From the human T2T-CHM13v2.0 reference genome, Homo sapiens, in assembly GCF_009914755.1 (NCBI RefSeq), contig NC_060933.1: DNA of 64,000 bases, one strand, 5' to 3'. Made by a program: the position numbers and the translations under genes. Below are positions 13,601 to 27,000 of the stretch, one piece after another (the stretch's first letter is position 1; each line of letters begins with the position of its first letter). Below the pieces are notes generated by a model. That model was not told where the DNA came from and searched no databases. It saw only the letters and a list, made by a program, of their open reading frames with translations.

Positions 13601-16600
13601 CATTCGATTGCAATCGAGTTGATTCCATTCCATTCCATTCCATTCCATTCCATTCTATTCCTTTCCATTCCATTACGGATGATTCCATTCCATTGCATTC
13701 CATTCCATTCCATTCCCCTGCACTGGCGTTGATTCCATTGCATTCCATTCCATTCCATTCCATTCCTTTCCGTTCCATTCCATTCCATTCCATTCCATTC
13801 CAATCCATTCCATTCCGTTCCGTTCCGTTCCATTCCATTCCATTCCATTCTATTCGGGTTAATTCCATTCCATTCCGTTCGATTGCAATCGAGTTGATTC
13901 CATTCCATTCCATTCCATTCCATTCCATTCCTTTCCATTCCATTACGGATGATTCCATTCCATTGCATTCCATTCCATTCCATTCCCCTGTACTCGGGTT
14001 GATTCCATTCCATTCCATTCCATTCCATTCCATTCCATTCCTTTCCGTTCCATTCCATTCCATTCCATTCCATTCCATTCCAATGCATTCCATTCCGTTC
14101 CGTTCCGTTCCATTCCATTCCATTCTATTCGGGTTAATTCCATTCCATTTCATTCCATTCCATTCCATTCCATTCCATTCCATTCCAATCGGGTTGATTC
14201 CATTCCATTCCATTCCATTCCATTCCATTCCTTTCCGTTCCATTCCATTCCATTCCATTCCTTTCCATTCCATTACGGATGATTCCATTCCATTGCATTC
14301 CATTCCATTCCATTCCCCTGTACTCGGGTTGATTCCATTCCATTCCATTCCAATCCATGCCATTCCACTCGTGTTGATTCCATTCTTTCCATTCCATTCA
14401 AGTTGAATCCATTCCATTGCATTCCATTCCATTAAATTCCCCTGCAGTCGGGTTGTTTCCATTCCATTCCATTCCATTCCATTCCATTCCGGATGATTCC
14501 ATTCCATTGCATTCCATTCCATTCCATTCCCTTGCACTCGGGTTGATTCCATTCCATTCCACTCCATTCCGTTCCATTCCATTCCATTGCATTGTATTCG
14601 GGTTAATTCCATTCCATTCCATTCCATTCCATTCCATTCCATTCCATTCCTTTCCATTACAATCGAGTTGATTCCATTCCATTCCATTCCATTCCAGTCC
14701 TTTCCATTCCATTCCACTCGGGTTGATTCCATTCTATTAGTTTCCATTCCATTCCATTCCCTTCCATTCCACTCTGGTTGATTCCATTCCTTTCCATTCC
14801 ACTCGAATACATTCCCTCCTATTCCACTCGGAACGATTCCATTCCATTCCATTCCATTCCATTCCATTCCATTCCATTCCATTCCATTCCATTTCGTTCC
14901 ATTCCATTCTATTCCGTATCATTCCATTCCATTCCATTGCATTCCATCCCATTCCATTCCATTCCATTCCATTCCATTCCATTGTACTCGGGTTGATTCA
15001 ATTCCATTGCATTCCATTCCATTCCATTCCGTTGCATTCCATTCCATTACATTCGGATTGATTCTATTAAACTCCCTTACTCTCCATTACATTCCATTCC
15101 ATTCGGGTTGTTCCATTCCATTCCATTCCATTCCACTCCATTCCATTGCACTCGGGTTGATTCCATTCCATTCCATTCCTTTCCGGATGATTCCGTTCCA
15201 TTGTATTCCGTTGCATTACATTCCCCTGCACTCGCGTTGATTCCATTCCATTCCGTTCCATTCCATTCAATTCCATTCCATTACTATTCGTTCCATTCCA
15301 TTCTATTCCGTACCATTCCATTCCATTCCATACCATACCATTCCATTCCATTCCATTCCATTCCATTCCATTCCATTTTATTCGGATTAATTCCATTCCA
15401 TTCCATTCCATTCCATTCTATTCCATTCCATTGCAATCGAGTTGAATCCATTGCATTTCATTCCATTCCATTGCATTCCATTCCATTCCGGAAGATTCCA
15501 TTCCATTGCATTCCATTCCATTCCATTCCTCTGCACTCGCGTTGATTCCATTCCATTCCATTCCATTCCATTCCATTCCGTTCCGTTCCGTTCCATTCCA
15601 TTCCACTCCATTCCGTTCCGTTCCATTCCATTCCATTCCATTCTATTCGGGTTAATTACATTCCATTCCATTCGATTGCAATCGAGTTGATTCCATTCCA
15701 TTCCATTCCATTCCATTCCATTCCATTCCATTCCTTTCCATTCCATTACGGATGATTCCATTCCATTGCATTCCATTCCATTCCATTCCCCTGTACTCGG
15801 GTTGATTCCATTCCATTCCATTCCAATCCATGCCATTCCACTCGTGTTGATACCATTCTTTCCATTCCATTCAAGTTGAATCCATTCCATTGCATTCCAT
15901 TCCATTCGATTCCATTCGATTGTACTCGGGTTGATTCCATTCCATTGCATTCCATTCCATTCCATTCCATTCCATTCCATTCCATTCCATTCCGTTCAAT
16001 TCCATTCCATTACATTCGGATTTATTCTATTCAATTCCCTTACACTCCATTACATTCCATTCCATTCGGGTAGTTTCCATTCCATTCCATTCCATTCCTC
16101 TCCATTCCATTGCACTCGGGTTGATTCCATTCCATTGCATTCCATTCCATTCCATTCAATTCCATTCCGTTCCATTCCATTCCATTACATTCGGATTGAT
16201 TCTATTCAACTCCCTTACTCTCCATTACATTCCATTCCATTCGGGTTGTTCCATTCCATTCCATTCCATTCCACTCCATTCCATTGCACTCGTGTTGATT
16301 CCATTCCATTCCATTCCATTCCATTCCTTTCCGGAAGATTCCATTCCATTGCATTCCATTCCATTCCATTCCCCTGCACTCGCGTTGATTCCATTCCATT
16401 CCATTCCACTCCATTGCATTCCATTCCATTCCTTTCCGTTCCATTCCATTCCATTCCATGCCATTCCAATCCATTCCATTCCGTTCCGTTCCGTTCCATT
16501 CCATTCCATTCCATTCTATTCGGGTTAATTCCATTCCATTCCATTCGATTGCAATCGAGTTGATTCCATTCCATTCCATTCCATTCCATTCCATTCCATT

Positions 16601-19600
16601 CCATTCCTTTCCATTCCATTACGGATGATTCCATTCCATTGCATTCCATTCCATTCCATTCCCCTGTACTCGGGTTGATTCCATTCCATTCCATTCCAAT
16701 CCATGCCATTCCACTCGTGTTGATTCCATTCTTTCCATTCCATTCAAGTTGAATCCATTCCATTGCATTCCCTTCCATTCCATTCCCCTGCAGTCGGGTT
16801 GATTCCATTCCATTCCATTCCATTCCATTCCATTCCATTCCAGAAGATTCCATTCCATTGCATTCCATTCCATTCCATTCCCCTGCACTCGCGTTGATTC
16901 CATTCCATTCCATTCTATTCCATTCCATTCCCTTCCTTTCCGTTCCATTCCATTCCATTCCATTCCATTCCATTCCGTTCCGTTCCATTACATTCCATTC
17001 CATTCTATTCGGTTTAATTCCATTCCATTCCATTCGATTGCAATCGAGTTGATTCCATTCCATTCCATTCCATTCCATTCCATTCTATTCCTTTCCAGTC
17101 CATTACGGATGATTCCATTCCATTGCATTCCATTCCATTCCATTCCCCTGCACTGGCGTTGATTCCATTCCATTCCATTCATTCCATTCCATTCCTTTCC
17201 GTTCCATTCCATTCCATTCCATTCCATTCCAATCCATTCCATTCCGTTCCGTTCCGTTCCATTCCATTCCATTCCATTCTATTCGGGTTAATTCCATTCC
17301 ATTCCGTTCGATTGCAATCGAGTTGATTCCATTCCATTCAATTCCATTCCATTCCATTCCTTTCCATTCCATTACGGATGATTCCATTCCATTGCATTCC
17401 ATTCCATTCCATTCCCCTGTACTCGGGTTGATTCCATTCCATTCCATTCCAATCCATGCCATTCCACTCGTGTTGATTCCATTCTTTCCATTCCATTCAA
17501 GATGAATCCATTCCATTGCATTCCATTCCATTAAATTCCCCTGCAGTCGGGTTGTTTCCATTGCATTCCATTCCATTCCATTCCATTCCATTCCATTCCG
17601 TTCCGTTCCATTCCATTCCATTCCATTCTATTAGGTTTAATTCCATTCCATTCCATTACTTTCCATTCCATTCCATTCCATTCCAATCGAGTTGATTCCA
17701 TTCCATTCCATTCCATTCCATTCCATTCCATTCCACCCCATTCCAGTCCTTTCCATTCCATTCCACTCCGGTTGATTCCAATGTATTCCTTTCCATTCCA
17801 TTCCATTCGATTGCAATCGAGTTGATTCCATTCCATTCCATTCCATTCCATTCCATTCCATTCCATTCCATTCCATTCCCCTGTACTCGGGTTGATTCCA
17901 TTCCATTCCATTCCAATCCATGCCATTCCACTCGTGTTGATTCCATTCTTTCCATTCCATTCAAGTTGAATCCATTCCATTGCATTCCATTCCATTCGAT
18001 TCCATTCGATTGCACTCGGGTTGATTCCATTCCATTGCATTCCATTCCATTCCATTCCATTCCATTCCATTCCATTCCGTTCCATTCCATTCCATTACAT
18101 TCGGATTGATTCTATTCAATTCCCTTACACTCCATTCCATTCCATTCCATTCGGGTAGTTTCCATTCCATTCCATTCCATTCCTCTCCTTTCCATTGCAC
18201 TCGGGTTGATTCCATTCCATTGCATTCCATTCCATTCCATTCAATTCCATTCCGTTCTATTCTATTCCATTACATTCGGATTGATTCTATTCAACTCCCT
18301 TACTCTCCATTACATTCCATTCCATTCGGGTTGTTCCATTCCATTCCATTCCATTCCACTCCATTCCATTGCACTCGGGTTGATTCCATTCCATTCCATT
18401 CCATTCCATTGCATTCCATTTCATTCCATTCCGGAAGATTCCATTCCATTGCATTCCATTCCATTCCATTCCCCTGCACTCGTGTTTATTCCATTCCATT
18501 CCATTCTATTCCATTCCATTCCCTTCCTTTCCATTCCATTCCATGCCATTCCATTCCATTCTATTCCGTTCCGTTCCACTCCATTCCATTCCATTCTATT
18601 TGGTTAATTCCATTCCATTCCATTCGATTGCAATCGAGTTGATTCCATTCCATTCCATTCCATTCCATTCCATTCCACTCCTTTCCATTCCATTACGGAT
18701 GATTCCATTCCATTGCATTCCATTCCATTCCTTTCCCCTGTACTCGGGTTGATTCCATTCCATTCCATTCCAATCCATGCCATTCCACTCGTGTTGATTC
18801 CATTCTTTCCATTCCATTCAAGTTGAATCCATTCCATTGCATTCCATTCCATTCGATTCCATTCGATTGCACTCAGGTTGATTCCATTCCTTTGCATTCC
18901 ATTCCATTCCATTCCATTCCATTCCATTCCGTTCCATTCCATTTCATTACATTCAGATTTATTCTATTCAATTCCCTTACACTCCATTATATTCCAATCC
19001 ATTCTGGTTGTTTCCATTCCATTCCATTCCATTTCACTCCTTTCCATTGCACTCGGGTTGATTCCATTCCATTCCATTCCATTGCATTCCATTCCATTCC
19101 ATTCCGGATGATTCCATTCCATTGCATTCCATTCCATTCCATTCCCCTGCACTCGGGTTGATTCCATTCCATTCCATTCCATTACATTCCGTTCCATTCC
19201 ATTCCATTCCATTCGGATTGATTCTATTCAATTCCCTTACACTCCATTACATTCCATTCCATTCGGGTAGTTTCTATTCCATTCCATTCCATTCCTCTCC
19301 ATTCCATTGCACTCGGGTTGATTCCATTCCATTGCATTCCATTCCATTCCATTCAATTCCATTCCGTTCCATTCCATTCCATTACATTTGGATTGATTCT
19401 ATTCAACTCCCTTACTCTCCATTACATTCCATTCCATTCGGGTTGTTTCATTCCATTCCATTCCATTCCACTCCATTCCATTGCACTCGGGATGATTCCA
19501 TTCCATTCCATTCCATTCCATTCCGGAAGATTCCATTCCATTGCATTCCATTCCATTCCATTCCCCTGCACTCGCGTTGATTCCATTCCATTCCATTCTA

Positions 19601-22600
19601 TTCCATTCCATTTCCTTCCTTTCCGTTCCATTCCATTCCATTCCATTCCATTCCATTCCGTTCCGTTCCATTACATTCCATTCCATTCTATTCGGGTTAA
19701 TTCCATTCCATTCCATTCGATTGCAATCGAGTTGATTCCATTCCATTCCATTCCATTCCATTCCATTCTATTCCTTTCCATTCCATTACGAATGATTCCA
19801 TTCCATTGCATTCCATTCCATTCCATTCCCCTGCACTGGCGTTGATTCCATTCCATTCCATTCCATTCCATTCCATTCCTTTCCGTTCCATTCCATTCCA
19901 TTCCATTCCATTCCAATCCATTCCATTCCGTTCCGTTCCGTTCCATTCCATTCCATTCCATTCTATTCGGGTTAATTCCATTCCATTCCGTTCGATTGCA
20001 ATCGAGTTGATTCCATTCCATTCCATTCCATTCCATTCCATTCCATTCCTTTCCATTCCATTACGGATGATTCCATTCCATTGCATTCCATTCCATTCCA
20101 TTCCCCTGTACTCGGGTTGATTCCATTCCATTCCATTCCATTCCATTCCATTCCTTTCCGTTCCATTCCATTCCATTCCATTCCATTCCATTCCAATGCA
20201 TTCCATTCCGTTCCGTTCCGTTCCATTCCATTCCATTCTATTCGGGTTAATTCCATTCCATTCCATTCCATTCCATTCCATTCCATTCCATTCCATTCCA
20301 TTCCAATCGGGTTGATTCCATTCCATTCCATTCCATTCCATTCCATTCCTTTCCGTTCCATTCCATTCCATTCCATTCCTTTCCATTCCATTACGGATGA
20401 TTCCATTCCATTGCATTCCATTCCATTCCATTCCCCTGTACTCGGGTTGATTCCATTCCATTCCATTCCAATCCATGCCATTCCACTCGTGTTGATTCCA
20501 TTCTTTCCATTCCATTCAAGTTGAATCCATTCCATTGCATTCCATTCCATTAAATTCCCCTGCAGTCGGGTTGTTTCCATTCCATTCCATTCCATTCCAT
20601 TCCATTCCATTCCATTCCGTTTCGTTCCATTCCATTCCATTCCATTCTATTCGGTTTAATTCCATTCCATTCCATTCCATTCCATTCCATTCCATTCCAT
20701 TCCAATCGAGTTGATTCCATTCCATTCCATTCCATTCCATTCCATTCCACTCCATTCCAGTCCTTTCCATTCCATTCCACTCGGGTGGATTCCAATGTAT
20801 TCCTTTCCATTCCATTCCATTCCATTGCAATCATGTTGATTCCATTGCTTTGCATTCCATTCCATTCCATTCCATTCCGGATGATTCCATTCCATTGCAT
20901 TCCATTCCATTCCATTCCCTTGCACTCGGGTTGATTCCATTCCATTCCACTCCATTCCGTTCCATTCCATTCCATTGCATTGTATTCGGGTTAATTCCAT
21001 TCCATTCCATTCCATTCCATTCCATTCCATTCCATTCCATTCCATTCCATTACAATCGAGTTGATTCCATTCCATTCCATTCCATTCCAGTCCTTTCCAT
21101 TCCATTCCACTCGGGTTGATTCCATTCTATTAGTTTCCATTCCATTCCATTCCCTTCCATTCCACTCTGGTTGATTCCATTCCTTTCCATTCCACTCGAA
21201 TACATTCCCTCCTATTCCACTCGGAACGATTCCATTCCATTCCATTCCATTCCATTCCATTCCATTCCATTCCATTCCATTCCATTCCATTTCGTTCCAT
21301 TCCATTCTATTCCGTATCATTCCATTCCATTCCATTCCATTCCATTCCATTCCATTCCATTCCATTCCATTCCATTGTACTCGGGTTGATTCAATTCCAT
21401 TGCATTCCATTCCATTCCATTCCGTTGCATTCCATTCCATTACATTCGGATTGATTCTATTAAACTCCCTTACTCTCCATTACATTCCATTCCATTCGGG
21501 TTGTTCCATTCCATTCCATTCCATTCCACTCCATTCCATTGCACTCGGGTTGATTCCATTCCATTCCATTCCTTTCCGGATGATTCCGTTCCATTGTATT
21601 CCGTTCCATTACATTCCCCTGCACTCGCGTTGATTCCATTCCATTCCATTCCATTCCATTGAATTCCATTCCATTACTATTCGTTCCATTCCATTCTATT
21701 CCGAACCATTCCATTCCATTCCATACCATACCATTCCATTCCATTCCATTCCATTCCATTCCATTCCATTCCATTGTATTCGGATTAATTCCATTCCATT
21801 CCATTCCATTCCATTCTATTCCATTCCATTGCAATCGAGTTGAATCCATTGCATTTCATTCCATTCCATTGCATTCCATTCCATTGCGGAAGATTCCATT
21901 CCATTGCATTCCATTCCATTCCATTCCTCTGCACTCGCGTTGATTCCATTCCATTCCATTCCATTCCATTCCATTCCATTCCGTTCCGTTCCATTCCATT
22001 CCATTCCATTCCGTTCCGTTCCATTCCATTCCATTCCATTCTATTCGGGTTAATTCCATTCCATTCCATTCGATTGCAATCGAGTTGATTCCATTCCATT
22101 CCATTCCATTCCATTCCATTCCATTCCATTCCTTTCCATTCCATTACGGATGATTCCATTCCATTGCATTCCATTCCATTCCATTCCCCTGTACTCGGGT
22201 TGATTCCATTCCATTCCATTCCAATCCATGCCATTCCACTCGTGTTGATACCATTCTTTCCATTCCATTCAAGTTGAATCCATTCCATTGCATTCCATTC
22301 CATTCGATTCCATTCGATTGTACTCGGGTTGATTCCATTCCATTGCATTCCATTCCATTCCATTCCATTCCATTCCATTCCATTCCATTCCGTTCAATTC
22401 CATTCCATTACATTCGGATTGATTCTATTCAATTCCCTTACACTCCATTACATTCCATTCCATTCGGGTAGTTTCCATTCCATTCCATTCCATTCCTCTC
22501 CATTCCATTGCACTCTGGTTGATTCCATTCCATTGCATTCCATTCCATTCCATTCAATTCCATTCCGTTCCATTCCATTCCATTACATTCGGATTGATTC

Positions 22601-23190
22601 TATTCAACTCCCTTACTCTCCATTACATTCCATTCCATTCGGGTTGTTCCATTCCATTCCATTCCATTCCACTCCATTCCATTGCACTCGGGTTGATTCC
22701 ATTCCATTCCATTCCATTCCATTCCATTCCGGAAGATTCCATTCCATTGCATTCCATTCCATTCCATTCCCCTGCACTCGCGTTGATTCCATTCCATTCC
22801 ATTCCACTCCATTGCATTCCATTCCATTCCTTTCCGTTCCATTCCATTCCATTCCATTCCATTCCAATCCATTCCATTCCGTTCCGTTCCGTTCCATTCC
22901 ATTCCATTCTATTCGGGTTAATTCCATTCCATTCCATTCGATTGCAATCGAGTTGATTCCATTCCATTCCATTCCATTCCATTCCATTCCATTCCTTTCC
23001 ATTCCATTACGGATGATTCCATTCCATTGCATTCCATTCCATTCCATTCCCCTGTACTCGGGTTGATTCCATTCCATTCCATTCCAATCCATGCCATTCC
23101 ACTCGTGTTGATTCCATTCTTTCCATTCCATTCAAGTTGAATCCATTCCATTGCATTCCCTTCCATTCCATTCCCCTGCAGTCGGGTTGA
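10700..23190. repeat. ~6.1-6.4-kb tandem duplication (~10700-16800 vs ~16810-23190), overlapping the 6.7-kb duplication
   Basis: Offsets are 6113 (12483/18596, 13693/19806) and 6393-6398 (14778/21171, 15007/21400, 15387/21785, 16121/22519). Shared markers are ccagaagatt, caagatgaatcc, tattaggtttaa, gtgttgatacc and cctctgcactcgcg. Confidence 0.85.
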
Positions 23191-24099
23191 TTCCATTCCA
23201 TTCCATTCCATTCCGTTCCATTCCATTCCATTCCGTTCTGTTCCACTCCATTGCATTCCATTCTATTCGGGTTAATTCCATTCCAATCCATTCCATTCCA
23301 TTCCATTCCAATCGAGTTGATTCCATTCGATTGCATTCCATTCCATTCCACTCCATTCCAGTCCTTTCCATTCCATTCCACTCGGGTTGATTCCAATGTA
23401 TTCCTTTCCATTCCATTCCATTCCACTGCAATCGAGTTGATTCCATTGCTTTGAATTCCATTCCATTCCATTCCATTCCGGGTGATTCCATGCCATTGCA
23501 TTCCATTCCATTCCATTCCCCTGCACTCGGGTTGATTCCATTCCATTCCACTGCATTCCATTCCATTCCATTCCATTCCATTACAATCGAGTTGATTCCA
23601 TTCCATTCCATTCCATTCCAGTCCTTTCCATTCCATTCCACTCGGTTTGATTCCATTCCATTAGTTTCCATTCCATTTCATTTCCTTCCATTCCACTCTG
23701 GTTGATTCCATTCCTTTCCATTCCACTCGAATACATTCCCTCCTATTCCACTCGGAACTATTCCATTCCATTCCATTCCATTCCATTCCATTCCATTCCA
23801 TTTCGTTCCATTCCATTCTATTCCGTATCATTCCATTTCATTCCATTCCATTCCATTCCATTCCATTCCATTCCATTCCATTGTACTCGGGTTGATTCCA
23901 TTCCATTGCATTCCATTCTATTCCATTCCATTCCATTCCGTTGCATTCCATTCCATTACATTCGGATTCATTCTATTCAACTCCCTTACTCTCCATTACA
24001 TTCCATTCCATTCGGGTTGTTCCATTCCATTCCATTCCATTCCACCCCATTCCATTGCACTCGGGTTGATTCCATTCCATTCCATTCCATTCCATTCCA

Positions 24100-27000
24100 T
24101 TCCATTCCGGATGATTCCATTCCATTGCATTCCGTTCCATTACATTCCCCTGCACTGGCGTTGATTCCATTCCATTCCATTCCATTCCATTCAATTCCAT
24201 TCCATTACAATTCGTTCCATTCCATTCTATTCCGTACCTTTCCATTCCATTCCATACCATTCCATTCCATTCCATTCCATTCCATTCCGTTCCATTCCGT
24301 TCCATTCCATTCCATTCCATTCTATTTGGGTTAATTCCATTCCATTCCATTCCACTCCATTCCATTCTATTCCATTCCATTGCAATCGAGTTGAATCCAT
24401 TGCATTTCATTCCATTCCATTCCATTCCATTCCCTTCCATTCCGGAAGATTCCATTCCATTGCATTCCATTCCATTCCATTCCCCTGCACTCGCGTTGAT
24501 TCCATTCCATTCCATTCCATTGCATTCCATTCCATTCCGTTCCGTTCCGTTCCGTTCCGTTCCATTCCATTCCATTCCGTTCCGTTAAGTTCCATTCCAT
24601 TCCATTCCATTCTATGCGGGTTAATTCCATTCAATTCCATTCGATTGCAATCGAGTTGATTCCATTCCATTCCATTCCATTCTATTCCATTCCTTTCCAT
24701 TCCATTACGGATGATTCCATTCCATTGCATTCCATTCCATTCCATTCCCGTGTACTCGGGTTCATTCCATTCCATTCCATTCCAATCCATGCCATTCCAC
24801 TCGTGTTGATTCCATTCTTTCCATTCCATTCAAGTTGAATCCATTCCATTGCATTCCATTCCATTCCATTCCCCTGCAGTCGGGTTGATTCCATTCCATT
24901 CCATTCCATTCCATTCCATTCCATTCCATTCCAATCAAGTTGATTCCATTCCATTCCATTCCATTCCATTCCATTCCATTCCATTCCACTCCATTCCAGT
25001 CCTTTCCATTCCATTCCACTCGGGTTGATTCCAATGTATTCCTTTCCATTCCATTCCATTCCATTGCAATCGAGTTGATTCCATTGCTTTGTATTCCATT
25101 CCATTCCATTCCATTCCGGATGATTCCATTCCATTGCATTCCATTCCATTCCATTCCCCTGCACTCGGGTTGATTCCATTCCTTTCCACTCCATTCCATT
25201 CCATTCCATTCCATTCCATTGTATTCGGGTTAATTCAATTCCATTCCATTCCATTCCATTCCATTCCATTCCATTACAATCGAGTTGATTCTATTCCATT
25301 CCATTCCATTCCAGTCCGTTCCATTCCATTCCAGTCGGGTTGATTCCATTCTATTAGTTTCCATTCCATTCCATTCCCTTCCATTCCACTCTGGTTGATT
25401 CCATTCCTTTCCATTCCACTCGAATACATTCCCTCCTATTCCACTCGGAACGATTCCATTCCATTCCATTCCATTCCATTCCATTCCATTCCATTCCATT
25501 TCGTTCCATTCCATTCTATTCCGTATCATTCCATTCCATTCCATTCCATTCCATTCCATTCCATTCCATTCCATTCCATTGTAGTCGGGTTGATTCCCTT
25601 CCATTGCATTCTATTCCATTCCATTCCATTCCATTCCGTTGCATTCCATTCCATTACATTCGGATTGATTCTATTCAACTCCCTTACTCTCCATTACATT
25701 CCATTCCATTCGGGTTGTTCCATTCCATTCCATTCCATTCCACTCCATTCCATTGCACTCGGGTTGATTCCATTCCATTCCATTACATTCCGTTCCATTC
25801 CGGATGATTCCATTCCATTGCATTCCGTTCCATTACATTCCCCTGCACTCGCGTTGATTCCATTCCATTCCATTCCATTGCATTCCATTCAATTCCATTC
25901 CATTACAATTCGTTCCATTCCATTCTATTCCGTACCATTCAATTCCATTCCATACCATTCCATTCCATTCCATTCCATTCCGTTCCATTCCGTTCCATTC
26001 CATTCCATTCAATTCTATTCGGATTAATTCCATTCCATTCCATTCCATTCCATTCCATTCCATTCTATTCCATTCCATTGCAATCGAGTTGAATCCATTG
26101 CATTTCATTCCATTCCATTCCATTCCATTCCATTCCATTCCATTCCGGAAGTTTCCATTCCATTGCATTCCATTCCATTCCATTCCCCTGCACTCGCGTT
26201 GTTTCCCTTCCATTCCATTCCATTCCATTCCATTCCGTTCCGTTCCATTCCATTCCATTCCATTCCGTTCCGTTCCATTCCATTCAATTCCATTCAATTC
26301 GGGTTAAGTCCATTCCATTCCATTCGATTCCGTTCCATTCCGTTCCATTCCGTTCCATTCCATTCCATTCCATTCCATTCCATTCTATTCGGGTTAATTC
26401 CATTGCATTCCATTCCATCCCATTCTATTACATTCCATTGCAATCGAGTTGAATCCATTGCATTTCATTCCATTCCATTCCATTCCATTCCATTCCGGAA
26501 GATTCCATTCCATTGCATTCCATTCAATTCCATTCCCCTGCACTCGCGTTGATTCCATTCCATTCCATTCCATTCCATTCCGTTCCGTTCCATTCCATTC
26601 CATTCCATTCCGTTCCGTTCCGTTCCATTCTATTCCATTCTATTCGGGTTAATTCCATTCCATTCCATTCCATTGCAATCGTGTTGATTCCATTCCATTC
26701 CATACCATTCCATTCCATTCCATTCCTTTCCATTCCATTACGGATGATTCCATTCCATTGCATTCCATTCCATTCCATTCCCCTGTACTCGGGTTGATTC
26801 CATTCCATTGCATTCCAATCCATGCCCTTCCACTCGTGTTGATTCCATTCTTTCCATTCCATTCAAGTTGAATCCATTCCATTGCATTCCATTCCATTCG
26901 ATTCCATTCGATTGCACTCGGGTTGATTCCATTCCATTGCATTCCATTCCATTCCATTCCATTCCATTCCATTCCATTCCATTCCGTTCCATTCCATTTC

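Larger units (their letters stand above)
1385..14860. repeat. Near-identical ~6.7-kb tandem duplication (copy 1 ~1385-8092, copy 2 ~8093-14860)
   Basis: Identical ORF translations recur at offset 6708 (1671/8379, 2356/9064, 4306/11014), then 6703 (5155/11858, 6502/13205); related ORFs continue at 6698 (7719/14417) and 6693 (8085/14778). Private variants are shared: gtactcttgttg (~1720/8430), ttcacctccc (~2600/9310), ccgctcc (~2871/9579). Confidence 0.92.
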
